From contig CBDATS010000004.1 in NCBI GenBank assembly GCA_965200245.1, positions 992,001 through 1,056,000 on the forward strand: a DNA stretch of 64,000 nt, given 5' to 3'. The notes beneath the pieces were generated by a model, which saw only the letters and a list, made by a program, of their open reading frames with translations, searched no databases and was not told the origin of the DNA. Position 1 is the stretch's first letter. Each line of letters opens with the position of its first letter. A program made the translations under genes and the position numbers. Below, one piece after another: positions 8,508-21,068 of the stretch. This DNA is from a bacterium (GTDB taxonomy: Bacteria > UBA8248).

Positions 8508-10037
8508 ATGCGGAAGTTTCTCGTAATCCTAGCTGTCTTCGCGATTCTGGCGGTCGGGGCACCAATGACGGCGCAAGCAAAGAGGACCGTCACCATCGCC
8601 CTGACGGGTGAACCACCGACGATGGACCCGCACCGTGTCTCGAACTTTATCGGCGCGATGGTCTGGCGTTGGAGCTACGATACCCTTCTTCACGCCGAGA
8701 CCGGAACCGGCGCGAAAAAACCCTGGCTCGCCACCAAGTGGGTCCAACTCTCTCCTCTGAAATGGAAGTTCCATTTGAGAAAGGGCGTAAAATTCTCCGA
8801 CGGCACACCCTTCACGGCGGAGAGCTTCAAGTACACCATCAGCCGCATCATGAAATCCGCGCGGCAAAGACAATACTTCAAGAATGTCGATAAAATCGAG
8901 GTTCTCGACGATCACACCTTCATCTATCACAACAAAGAACATGACGGCGGAATGTGGAACCGCCTGACCCGCTGGGCCGGCCCCATCAGCCCGAAAACGA
9001 AGGGCTTGGACCTCGCCAAAATATCGCGCAACACCTTCGGTACGGGCCCCTACATCCTGAAATCCTGGACCAAGGGCCAGAAGATGGTGTTCGATGCGAA
9101 CCCGAACTGGTGGAACAACAAGAACTTCCCGAAACGGCCGCAGCGTGTCGTCCTCCGCCGCATCCGCGAGAGTGCCACGCGCGCCAAGGCACTTCAGGCG
9201 GGCGAAATCGGCGTGGCCTGGGGCATCATGCCGCAGTTCATCCCCCAACTCGAGAAAAACCCGAAGACGAAAGTCGCCGTCGTCCCCGCCGTTCGTATCA
9301 TGCACATGGGCTTTTTCACTCAACACGGCGGCCCGATGGCCAATGTGAAAGTGCGCAGGGCGATCAACTACGCCATCGACGCGGAAGCGATTCGCACGAC
9401 AATCCTGGGCGGACGCGCAGACCTCTTCGGCCAGATGCTTCACCCCTGGAACTATTCGGGCTACAACCCACAGAAGAAGTGGTACGGCTACGACCCGGCC
9501 AAGGCGAAAGCCCTTCTCAAGGAAGCCGGATACGACAAGGGTTTCAAGATGGAAGTCATCGCCACGAACGGCCGCTACCCGGGCGACAAGCCCACGTGTG
9601 AGGCCATCGCCGGCATGATCAAGAAAGTCGGCGTGGACGCCACCTGCAATTCCCAACGTTTCCCGCTCTACAAGAAGCTCCACCGCGCCTATAAAGCCGG
9701 CAAGAAGAAGGGCGCAGCGGCCTACTACATGGGCTTCGGCAACGGCCAGGGCGATTCCACCTCCGTTCTTCGCGGCACGTCGGGTTGCAAAGGCCCCTGG
9801 AGCGGCATGTGCTTCCGCGAACTGGATAAGGCGATAGACGCGGCAACGGCCACCGTCGACCCCAAAAAGCAGCAAATGGCGTTCGAGGGTGTGACGGACA
9901 TGATGAAAGATTTGGCCACTCACAAGATCGTCGTGAAGATCCACGACGTGCTCGGCCACCAGGCAAATCTCAAGTGGACCCCGCGCCATGACGAGACTCT
10001 TCTCCCCTGGGAGATCGAAGTGCTCGGCATGAACTAA
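8508..10037 (+). CDS. ABC transporter substrate-binding protein, family 5 (DppA-like)
   Basis: Signal peptide MRKFLVILAVFAILAVGAPMTAQA, LRKGVKFSDGTPFTA, GTGPY, VRRAINYAID. AAGGAGG RBS. Confidence 0.93.
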   Translation: MRKFLVILAVFAILAVGAPMTAQAKRTVTIALTGEPPTMDPHRVSNFIGAMVWRWSYDTLLHAETGTGAKKPWLATKWVQLSPLKWKFHLRKGVKFSDGTPFTAESFKYTISRIMKSARQRQYFKNVDKIEVLDDHTFIYHNKEHDGGMWNRLTRWAGPISPKTKGLDLAKISRNTFGTGPYILKSWTKGQKMVFDANPNWWNNKNFPKRPQRVVLRRIRESATRAKALQAGEIGVAWGIMPQFIPQLEKNPKTKVAVVPAVRIMHMGFFTQHGGPMANVKVRRAINYAIDAEAIRTTILGGRADLFGQMLHPWNYSGYNPQKKWYGYDPAKAKALLKEAGYDKGFKMEVIATNGRYPGDKPTCEAIAGMIKKVGVDATCNSQRFPLYKKLHRAYKAGKKKGAAAYYMGFGNGQGDSTSVLRGTSGCKGPWSGMCFRELDKAIDAATATVDPKKQQMAFEGVTDMMKDLATHKIVVKIHDVLGHQANLKWTPRHDETLLPWEIEVLGMN

Positions 10038-10058
10038 GCGGATCTTTTTCGCTGCACC

Positions 10059-10099
10059 AAGCCGCGGGAGGCGGTTCGACGTCTCCCGCGGCTTTTTTT
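10059..10099 (+). terminator. Rho-independent terminator
   Basis: AAGCCGCGGGAG...CTCCCGCGGCTT stem followed by a T run. Confidence 0.85.
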
Positions 10100-10139
10100 A
10101 CCCTGACGAGTCAACGACGTCTCTATTCGAGGATCAAAC

Positions 10140-11147
10140 ATGAAATTCGGCATTTTCCTGTCCGCACAGCAGACACTGGACGCCAATCTGGTCGAAGCCT
10201 TTCACGAACAAATCGCTCTGGTACAACTTGCGCGTGATAAGGGATGGGATTCTTTCTTCACCGGCCAGCACTACCTAAGCGAAGGGAACGTGCAGCATCT
10301 TCAAAACCTGCCCTTTCTCGCGCGCCTGAAGGCCGAGGCGGGCGACATGACGCTTGGCATCGGCGTCTTGCTCATCAACCTGCACAATCCGGTCTACGTG
10401 GCGGAGACCGTCGCCACCATGGACGTCATCGCCGAGGGGAACATGGTGTTCGGTGTAGGCCTCGGCTACCGCGATGTGGAGTTCGACGCCTTCGGCGTCC
10501 GGCGCGGCGAGCTGGTGAAGCGCTTCGTAGATTGCCTCGAACTGGTGAAACGCCTCTGGACGGAAGAGTCCGTCTCGTTCGAGAGCGAATACTGCATCCT
10601 CGAAGAAGTGCGCATGAACATGCGTCCCGTGCAGATGCCCCATCCGCCCATCTGGTTTGCGGCGAACAACGACCCGGCTGTGAAGCGTGCGGCTCACCTG
10701 GGCGACACGCTTTTCATTAACCCCCACGCCACCACGGCGACCATCGTCCGCCAGATGGACGTCTACCGTGAAGGCCTGACGGAAGCGGGTAAACCCTTCC
10801 CGGAGGAGCTTCCCTGCATGAAGGAGGTATTCTGCGCCAGGGACAGAAAAACCGCCCTTGAACTGGCAGGCCCCTATCTTGGCCAGAAATACAGGGACTA
10901 CGCCCGCTGGGGGCAGGACAAGGCCCTGCCCGGGGATGAGACCTTCGACAGGCCATTCGAGGAGTTGCTCCAGGATCGTTTCATCATCGGCTCGCCCGAG
11001 GATTGCTACGAAGGGCTCAAGCCCTACAAGGACATGGGCGTGAATCACCTGATCATCCGTACGAACTGGATCGGCATGCCCGCCTCCTCGGCGATGGAGA
11101 GCGTACGACTTATCTCGGACGAACTCATGCCCGCGCTGAAAACATAG
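10140..11147 (+). CDS. LLM-class (luciferase-like) flavin-dependent oxidoreductase
   Basis: MKFGIF, GQHY, HNPVYVAETVATMDV, GVGLGYRDVEF, PVQMPHPPIW, IGSPED. Confidence 0.9.
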   Translation: MKFGIFLSAQQTLDANLVEAFHEQIALVQLARDKGWDSFFTGQHYLSEGNVQHLQNLPFLARLKAEAGDMTLGIGVLLINLHNPVYVAETVATMDVIAEGNMVFGVGLGYRDVEFDAFGVRRGELVKRFVDCLELVKRLWTEESVSFESEYCILEEVRMNMRPVQMPHPPIWFAANNDPAVKRAAHLGDTLFINPHATTATIVRQMDVYREGLTEAGKPFPEELPCMKEVFCARDRKTALELAGPYLGQKYRDYARWGQDKALPGDETFDRPFEELLQDRFIIGSPEDCYEGLKPYKDMGVNHLIIRTNWIGMPASSAMESVRLISDELMPALKT

Positions 11148-11174
11148 ACACCCGGACCCAAAGGAGACTCGATT

Positions 11175-12365
11175 ATGGCCTCTGCAAAAGACTTTCCCCG
11201 CTACCCGAAAGCCGAATACGCGCGCCGCTACCGCGAGATCAGAAAGAGGATGCGCACACGGGGCATCGACGCGCTCATCTTTTACGGGGATTCCGGGATG
11301 CAGGGCGGCAATCAGGCCAACCTGAAATACGTCACGAACTACAAGGACCCGGTGAGCAGCTTGTTCGTCTTTCCGCGCAAGGGTGCGCCTGCGCTGTTCA
11401 TATCGAACAGGCTTTACCTCCCCTACGCCAAAAAGATGAGCATTATCGAGAAGACCGAAGCCGTGGACTACGAGCCGGGCCCAAAGGTCGAGGGACGCAT
11501 CCGTGAACTGGGTCTCGAGAAAGGGACTATCGGCCTCGTCGGGTTTCGCGGCATTCTGCCGGTGTCCCTGCCGTTCAGCGTGGTGGATTACTGGCGCAAG
11601 GCTCTCAAGGACGCGAACTTCACAGACGCCTCGGACATCCTTGCCGAGGTGCGGCTCATCAAGAGCCATGAGGAACTCAAGTGGTTCCGGCGCGGCGCGG
11701 CACTCACGGACATGGCCTTCGAGGCGCTGGACAGTCAGGCAAAGACAGGCATGAGCGAGTTCGAACTCGCCGCCACCATCTCCGGCGCCTACGTGCCCAA
11801 TGGCGGAAGCCCGCAGCTCATATTCGTGGGTTCGACCTCCATGGCGAGACCTCAGTTGATCTTCCCCAACCAGTACCCCTCGCACCGCAAAATCAGAAAA
11901 GGTGACATCGTGCTGACGGAGCTATCCGCCGATTACGAAATGCACCCGGGTCAGGCGCACCGGCCCATTTCCGTAGGCGTGGAACCAACTCCCATCTATC
12001 AGAAACTCTATGAAGTAGGCGTGGAGGCCTACAGGCGCATCCTCGAGGCATTGAAGCCGGGCAACACGCAGGAGGATATCCGGAAGGCGGGTTCCATCAT
12101 CAAGGAGGAGGGGTTCACCACCTTCGACACCACATTCCATGGCTGGGGGCTGCTCATCGAAAACCCCCGCATTGACGTGTCAGCCACCATCCTCAAGCGT
12201 CCGCAGAACGAGATCACCTTCAAGGAAGGTATGCTCATGGTGATTCAGCCCAACGTCTGCACGGCGGACGGCAAACGCGGTCTCCAGGTGGGAAACCTCG
12301 TGGAGGTCACCAAAACCGGCGCGCGAGCCCTCCAGAAGTTTCCCATGAAGTTCATGCGCATATAG
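11175..12365 (+). CDS. M24-fold (Xaa-Pro peptidase/creatinase-like) hydrolase
   Basis: Creatinase-like N-domain (EYARRYREIR...DALIFYG), RLIKSHEE, FHGWG. Most metal ligands are substituted. Confidence 0.8.
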   Translation: MASAKDFPRYPKAEYARRYREIRKRMRTRGIDALIFYGDSGMQGGNQANLKYVTNYKDPVSSLFVFPRKGAPALFISNRLYLPYAKKMSIIEKTEAVDYEPGPKVEGRIRELGLEKGTIGLVGFRGILPVSLPFSVVDYWRKALKDANFTDASDILAEVRLIKSHEELKWFRRGAALTDMAFEALDSQAKTGMSEFELAATISGAYVPNGGSPQLIFVGSTSMARPQLIFPNQYPSHRKIRKGDIVLTELSADYEMHPGQAHRPISVGVEPTPIYQKLYEVGVEAYRRILEALKPGNTQEDIRKAGSIIKEEGFTTFDTTFHGWGLLIENPRIDVSATILKRPQNEITFKEGMLMVIQPNVCTADGKRGLQVGNLVEVTKTGARALQKFPMKFMRI

Positions 12366-12367
12366 AT

Positions 12368-12400
12368 AACCGCCCCGCAGGAAGAATCTGCGGGGCGGTT
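12368..12400. terminator. Hairpin between convergent genes, likely a terminator
   Basis: Perfect 13-bp inverted repeat AACCGCCCCGCAG / CTGCGGGGCGGTT. Confidence 0.65.
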
Positions 12401-12416
12401 CGCATGATCAGGCGAA

Positions 12417-12860
12417 TCAGTTGGCCGGCATGGCCGCTATCTTCCTTTCGAGATCCTCGGCAAGGGGGGAACCCAGGCTCTTGAGCTTTTGCAGGTCCGC
12501 CAGGGCGGCCGACCTGTTCCCGGCCATGACGTGGGCGACGCCTCTGTATTCGAGAGCGGGTGCATAGTTGGGCTTGATGGAAAGCGCCTTGTTGTAGGCG
12601 GCGATAGCCTCTTTCGCCTTGTTCATCTTGCGCAAGGAATAACCCAGCATGTTGAAGGCCTTGTAATGTTGATCGTCTTCTTCAATCGCCTTGCGGAACA
12701 GAACCGCCGCTTCCGCCCATTCTCCCTGCCGCGCCTTTTCCTCGCCTTGCGCATAATTCTGTCCGGCCGTCTCGGGTTTGGGATCCCCCGCCGGATAAGA
12801 AGGCACAGCCAGAACGAGCGACATTACAAACACGAATGCAGCCAGGGATAGAATTTTCAT
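12417..12860 (-). CDS. Secreted tetratricopeptide repeat (TPR) protein
   Basis: Signal peptide MKILSLAAFVFVMSLVLAVPSYPA. TPR pattern AFNMLGYSLRKM...EAIAAYNKALSIKPNYAPALEYRG. Confidence 0.8.
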   Translation of the reverse strand: MKILSLAAFVFVMSLVLAVPSYPAGDPKPETAGQNYAQGEEKARQGEWAEAAVLFRKAIEEDDQHYKAFNMLGYSLRKMNKAKEAIAAYNKALSIKPNYAPALEYRGVAHVMAGNRSAALADLQKLKSLGSPLAEDLERKIAAMPAN

Positions 12861-12964
12861 GGCGTTATCTCCTGAAAAACGAAACACTCACTCAAGTCGG
12901 TGTATCCGGAATCGGCGATCCTGCCCAAACGGTCGAACGCGCTTGTCAGGCTCAGGTATACGAT

Positions 12965-13011
12965 AAACAAAGAGGGCCGTCATTCACCCCACCGGGTAAG
13001 CGACGGCCCTC
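12965..13011 (-). terminator. Terminator of the atp operon
   Basis: GAGGGCCGTC...GACGGCCCTC stem followed on the minus strand by TTTGTTT, just after the atpC stop. Confidence 0.7.
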
Positions 13012-13025
13012 ATGTGAAATATCCG

Positions 13026-13451
13026 CTAGTTGTTGAGTCCGCTTTGGTTCGCCACGGAAATGCGGGTAATCGCGCGCTTGAGAGCCAATTCGGCACGGTC
13101 GAAATCCAGTTCCTCTTCGGTTTTCTGACCCGACATCCGCTCCTGTGCGCGCTGGCGCGCCTCCTGCGCGCGTTCGGCGTCTATGTCCTCTGCCCGTTCG
13201 GCGTGCTCCGCCAAGATGGTGATCTTCTCCGGACCGACCTCGGCGTATCCCTCGATGATGGAGATGAAATAACGCGCACTCCCCGTGCGGTAGCTGAGCA
13301 CCCCGACTCCGAGCTGGCACAGGTAAGGCGTGTGCTGGGGCAAAACGCCGAACTCACCGTAAAAACCGGGAGCCGTCACCTCATCCACCTCGGCGGATAC
13401 GAGTTTCCGCTCCGGCGTTACGATGTCGAGCATCATCTTGCCTTCGACCAT
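13026..13451 (-). CDS. atpC: ATP synthase F1 epsilon subunit
   Basis: LDIVTPER, GEFGVLPQHTP, EGYAEV, AELALKRAITRI. Confidence 0.96.
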   Translation of the reverse strand: MVEGKMMLDIVTPERKLVSAEVDEVTAPGFYGEFGVLPQHTPYLCQLGVGVLSYRTGSARYFISIIEGYAEVGPEKITILAEHAERAEDIDAERAQEARQRAQERMSGQKTEEELDFDRAELALKRAITRISVANQSGLNN

Positions 13452-13455
13452 TCTC

Positions 13456-14961
<1,506 letters not shown>

Positions 14962-15843
14962 CTAAGCCAGTGCATCGGCCCCGGCCACCACTTCGAGCAG
15001 TTCCGTGGTGATCGAAGCCTGACGCACGCGGTTCATCTGCAACGTCAATGCCGCTATCATCTCTTCAGCGTTTCTGGACGCGTTGTCCATCGCCGTCATG
15101 CGGGCACCAAACTCGCTCGCCTCGGCGTCGAGGAGCGACCTGTATATCTGCACGCGCATATGCCGGGGCAGGATACTGTCCAGAACGCCCTCCATGGAGG
15201 GTTCATAAATGTATTCCGCCGCCACGGGTTCGCCCTGTTCGTCGAGCGAATCGGGCACCGGAGGCGCCAGTGGAAGAAGACGCGAGAGTCTCGGGCTTTG
15301 GCTCAGAATCGTGCGAAACTCCGTTGTGATGATGTGGACCTCGTCAAAACCCTCTTCGAGATACGCCCTGTTCATGATCTCGGCCAGCTGCGAAGCCAGG
15401 GCAAAGTCTATCTTTCCGTAAACATCGGTCAACTGCTCCTTGAAGGAAAATTCCCGGCGGGCCAGGAAATCACGGCCCTTGCGGCCCACGACGATGATTT
15501 CCGTCTCCTTGCCCGCTTCTTCCCGCGTCCTCAGGAACTCAAGCACCTGACGCAGCAGGTTGGTGTTGTAGCCGCCGCAAAGACCCTTGTCCGAAGTGAT
15601 GACAAGCAGGAGCACCCTGTCGTCCTTCATGTCGTCACGAAGAAGCGGGTGCGTGTCCGCGGAGACTTTCGCAGCCAGCGAGTTCACCAACTCCTCTATC
15701 TTTTCGCTGTAGGGCCGTGCGCTCTCGATGCGTTCCTGTGCCCTGCGCACTTTCGAAGCCGCCACGAGCTTCATCGCCCGCGTGATCTGCTGGGTGTTCT
15801 TTACGCTGCGTATTCGGCGTTTGTAATCTCTGGTAGAAGCCAT
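14962..15843 (-). CDS. atpG: ATP synthase F1 gamma subunit
   Basis: KRRIRSVKNTQQITRAMKLVAASK, DKGLCGGYN, RMTAMDNAS, RQASITTEL. Confidence 0.98.
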   Translation of the reverse strand: MASTRDYKRRIRSVKNTQQITRAMKLVAASKVRRAQERIESARPYSEKIEELVNSLAAKVSADTHPLLRDDMKDDRVLLLVITSDKGLCGGYNTNLLRQVLEFLRTREEAGKETEIIVVGRKGRDFLARREFSFKEQLTDVYGKIDFALASQLAEIMNRAYLEEGFDEVHIITTEFRTILSQSPRLSRLLPLAPPVPDSLDEQGEPVAAEYIYEPSMEGVLDSILPRHMRVQIYRSLLDAEASEFGARMTAMDNASRNAEEMIAALTLQMNRVRQASITTELLEVVAGADALA

Positions 15844-15850
15844 AATTCAC

Positions 15851-17392
<1,542 letters not shown>

Positions 17393-17430
17393 GGATTGCC
17401 CCCTTGCTCCTTCAACTTTTTCAGAGAGTA

Positions 17431-17973
17431 TCAACTCGTAATCAACGTATTCCTTAAATTGCGAAGCTGGTTCCTGATGCTTCCGTCCATGACGACGCCG
17501 CCCACGCGGCAGACCAGCCCGCCTATCAACGCCTCGTCCGTCTCCACTTCCATGAGCACTTCACTGCCCGTGATTTCGGAGAGTTTTTCACGCAACCTCT
17601 CTATAGCCGCATGATCCAGTTCATAAGCCGACTTGACCTGGGCACGAACCCGGCCACGCCTCTCGTCTGCAAGTTGCCGGTAGCTGTTCGCCATGGCGGA
17701 GAGTTCGCCGATGCGGTCTTTCTCGGCCACTACACGCACAAAACTACGCAACAATTCGCTCGCGCCCGATGCGGTCATTATCTCGTCAAGTATTTTCACT
17801 CGCTCGGCGCGCGCGAAACGCGGGTTCAGCAAAACGCGCCGCAATTCCTGATTTCCCTGAAACTCCCTCGCTGTTTCCGTCAGCGCCTCTCCTGTTTCGC
17901 CCAGAACGCCGCGGCTTTCAGCGATGTCCACCAATGCCCGCGCATAGCGGCGCGCCGCATCGCCACCAATCAC
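17431..17973 (-). CDS. atpH: ATP synthase F1 delta subunit
   Basis: [23 protein letters not shown]. Operon position. Confidence 0.95.
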   Translation of the reverse strand: MIGGDAARRYARALVDIAESRGVLGETGEALTETAREFQGNQELRRVLLNPRFARAERVKILDEIMTASGASELLRSFVRVVAEKDRIGELSAMANSYRQLADERRGRVRAQVKSAYELDHAAIERLREKLSEITGSEVLMEVETDEALIGGLVCRVGGVVMDGSIRNQLRNLRNTLITS

Positions 17974-18572
17974 AGCGATCCCCCGTTTCTATCTTCGAGC
18001 CTGACGAGATAGTTCTCCACGAATCGTTCCTGATCCGCCTCGCCCAACTCCTTTTTGAGCATCTCCTCGGCGAGGTTCAAGGCCAGATTCGCCGCCAGAT
18101 TCTGTAGTTCCGCACGCGCCTTGGAAGCCTCAAGTTCGATAGTCGATCTCGTCTGCTCAAGCAGGCGCTGTGCCTGGGCATCCCGATCTCCCTCGAGTCT
18201 TTCGCGCATGGCGACACGTTCTTTCTCGCCCTGCTCGCGAACGCGCACGAGTCCGGCCTCAAGATCGGCCACCCTAGAACGCTGCTCGGCAAGCTCCTTT
18301 TCAGCCTCCTCACGGGCAGCCCGGGAATCTTCGAGCACCTTGCGAATGCCCTCGCGCCTGTCCTTGAGGAAATTTCTGATAGGATGATACGCCACCTTGT
18401 AGAGAATACCCACGACGATGAGCGTGTTGACGAGCTTGAAGAGTTCCTCGGTGAAGCTGAACGCCTTATGGTGTGCACCGGCCTCCGCGGCCAAGGCCCA
18501 TCCCGCGTCAAGCAGGGCCGCCGCCAAAACCACCAAGCCCCATAGGCTGCAGTATTTTATCTTTGAAAGCAC
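17970..18572 (-). CDS. atpF: ATP synthase F0 subunit b
   Basis: TM helix FKLVNTLIVVGILY, PIRNFLKDRREGI, long coiled coil, upstream of atpH. Confidence 0.9.
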   Translation of the reverse strand: MLSKIKYCSLWGLVVLAAALLDAGWALAAEAGAHHKAFSFTEELFKLVNTLIVVGILYKVAYHPIRNFLKDRREGIRKVLEDSRAAREEAEKELAEQRSRVADLEAGLVRVREQGEKERVAMRERLEGDRDAQAQRLLEQTRSTIELEASKARAELQNLAANLALNLAEEMLKKELGEADQERFVENYLVRLEDRNGGSL

Positions 18573-18587
18573 GGTTCCTTGAATCCC

Positions 18588-19166
18588 TTATACGATGCTG
18601 CGGCCCGCAAGCCTCGTGGCAATTTCACCCGCCAGGCGGCCTGCGTTATTCTCGAGTTCGGTAACAGCCTGTTTCGACTGGGCCGCGATGGACTGGCGCG
18701 TTTCCTCGATCTCGCGATTTGTTCTCTCGCGAATCTCATCAAGGCGATTGCGCGTCGCCTCTGTCATCTCCTGCTGAAGTGCAATCAGGGCTTCGGTGTT
18801 CTCGCGCTGAATCTCCGCCAATGCGTCCTCATACTGGCTAATGTAGCCTGCCGCCTCGCTCTTGTCACGTTCGGCGATTTCAAGGTCGCCGGTGATCTGC
18901 GCATCTCGGGATTCCATATGGTTCAACAGGGGTTTGATGAGGATTTTGTTCAGGACGACCAGAAGAATCAGGAAATTGACCCACTGAATCAAGATAACGA
19001 CCGGGTTGATGACCAGAGCACCGCTTCCCACGTTGAAAGCTGCGAGCCAGGCGCCGAAACCGCTTGTTGGCGCACTCGCCGCCCATGACACGGAAGGCAC
19101 AGCCAATAGCGTCAGAATCGGCGTCAGGCAAAATGCGAGTCGTTTCAGCAGGACAAGGCGGATCAT
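18588..19166 (-). CDS. ATP synthase F0 subunit b'
   Basis: IQWVNFLILLVVLNKILIKPL...R followed by coiled coil. Second b-type gene heading the operon. Confidence 0.88.
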   Translation of the reverse strand: MIRLVLLKRLAFCLTPILTLLAVPSVSWAASAPTSGFGAWLAAFNVGSGALVINPVVILIQWVNFLILLVVLNKILIKPLLNHMESRDAQITGDLEIAERDKSEAAGYISQYEDALAEIQRENTEALIALQQEMTEATRNRLDEIRERTNREIEETRQSIAAQSKQAVTELENNAGRLAGEIATRLAGRSIV

Positions 19167-19487
19167 GGTTTCCTCTGCGTACTGTTCCCTGCCGGGCGCA
19201 AACCCACTCCCATGAGGTCAGGCGCTTCCACGAAAACCGTCGGGGAATGGCGTATGAATTCGTATGGTTTTCAGGGGATTCCCTAGAAGTCTCGCCCTGA
19301 AAAACGCTTAAAACTACCCACAGCCTTAGGTGAAGTCAAGCCCCGGAAGCATTTTTTCCAAGTTCCTCGATTCGGAGCCACAGGCCCCTGCACCGGGACC
19401 GCTGTGTCTCCTCGTGTGCGGGGATTTATGGTATTTTCCGGACATCTGAATTCCCGCGCATCGCCTGCCTCATTCATGGAGAGAGCA

Positions 19488-20480
19488 ATGAAATTCGTTA
19501 CGTTCGAAATCCCTACCCCCTTGGGGAACGCCACGCGCATCGGAGCATTGGCAGAAGGCGCGAACGTCCCAATCGCCCTAGATCTCGCCCACGGCTATGC
19601 TGCGTTCCTTCGCGAAGAAGGCACCGAGCCGCGTTTTTGTGAATTCGCCAATTTCAGGCTCCCCCAGGACATGTGCGAATTGATGGCAGGCGGCGAACCC
19701 TCGCTCGAAGCCGCCCGTGCAGCACAGAAATTCATCCTGGCCAACCCGGAAAGACGCGGGCCGCGTGGGGAGCAACTCGCCTTTTCTCTCCGTGAAGTTC
19801 GTTTGCGTGCGCCGGCGCCCCGGCCCGTAACATTTCGCGATTTCCTGATCCACGAGGGTCACAAGGCGGCGGGCGCGCGGCGGCGGAACACCACCATCGA
19901 TCCCGTCTGGTACGAACTTCCTTCCTGTTACAAGGGAAATCGCCTGACCATTATCGGCCCGGAGGATGAACTGAAATGGCCGCGCTTTACGGAAAAGCTG
20001 GACTATGAGCTGGAACTCGCCATGTTCATCGGGAAGCGCGGCAAGGACATCATGCAGCAGGACGCCATGGATCACGTATTCGGCTACAGCGTCCTGAACG
20101 ATTTCAGCGCGCGCGACATACAGATCGCCGAGATGAGAAACTGGCTAGGACCCCACAAAGGCAAGGATTTTGGAACGGCCATCGGCCCGTGCATCGTCAC
20201 GGCGGATGAGTTCGACCCCACCGACGCGGTAATGATCGCCCGCGTGAATGGCGAGGAATGGAGCCGGGGCAACGCGGGCGACGCCTACTACTCATGGGAA
20301 AGGATGATCGAGTATGCCTCGATGGAAGAAGAACTCGTTCCGGGCGAAATGTTCGGCTCGGGCACCGTGGCTACTGGCTGCGGCGCGGACCTCGACAGAT
20401 GGATAAAGCCTGGAGACGTGATTGAACTCGAAATCGAGGGTATCGGCATTCTCAAAAACATGATTGTGAAAGAAGCTTAA
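19488..20480 (+). CDS. FAH family hydrolase (paralog of 1591..2574)
   Basis: KLDYELEL, LNDFSARDIQ, KGKDFGT, GSGT, GDVIELEIEGIGILKN. Confidence 0.9.
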   Translation: MKFVTFEIPTPLGNATRIGALAEGANVPIALDLAHGYAAFLREEGTEPRFCEFANFRLPQDMCELMAGGEPSLEAARAAQKFILANPERRGPRGEQLAFSLREVRLRAPAPRPVTFRDFLIHEGHKAAGARRRNTTIDPVWYELPSCYKGNRLTIIGPEDELKWPRFTEKLDYELELAMFIGKRGKDIMQQDAMDHVFGYSVLNDFSARDIQIAEMRNWLGPHKGKDFGTAIGPCIVTADEFDPTDAVMIARVNGEEWSRGNAGDAYYSWERMIEYASMEEELVPGEMFGSGTVATGCGADLDRWIKPGDVIELEIEGIGILKNMIVKEA

Positions 20481-21031
20481 AGAGCAGGCCGCCACTCGCG
20501 CAGTTTCAACGCCGTGTTCCATATTAGGCCATGTCGGGGATGCCCGAACCGGGTCGGAGACCCCAGGGCGTGGACACGGACTCCATCAAGCAGGTGTGAG
20601 ACTCGGGAGATTCTCTTCTCGTATTTCCCGGGATCGGCACCATTCGGATTCCCCCAAGCGACCAGCACCATGCCTGCGCCGTCCAGACTCCTCTTTATCC
20701 ACGTATCGTTGTCTCGCCCCACCATCACCCGGTAAGGGTGGGCGTTCAACTCTTCGGGATAAGGGGAGCGAAGAGCGAAAAGGTTCACGATCCGGATCCG
20801 ATCGAAGCGGTTCCTGCGCGCCCAAGCCTCGACTTTCCCCACGGTGCGGTCACTTCTCTGCACGGATGCCGTGGAAGGGTTCTTCAGGATAAAGACGAGC
20901 GTCCGCGCACCCTCTTCCGCAATTCGCACCTCCAGAAAATAGCGATACCGCCCATATCGCCGGGGCACGCATTCGGTGATCTCTCTCGCCATTTTCTGCG
21001 GCATGCTTTTCCTTCCCCGGAAAAGAGCCAT
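20477..21031 (-). CDS. DUF1643-like protein
   Basis: YRYFL, NPSTA...DRT, NLFALRS, VAWG, GHPRH pattern. Confidence 0.7.
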   Translation of the reverse strand: MALFRGRKSMPQKMAREITECVPRRYGRYRYFLEVRIAEEGARTLVFILKNPSTASVQRSDRTVGKVEAWARRNRFDRIRIVNLFALRSPYPEELNAHPYRVMVGRDNDTWIKRSLDGAGMVLVAWGNPNGADPGKYEKRISRVSHLLDGVRVHALGSPTRFGHPRHGLIWNTALKLREWRPAL

Positions 21032-21068
21032 ACAATGTACGCCCTGTCATTCAAGCGAAAGGACGGTC

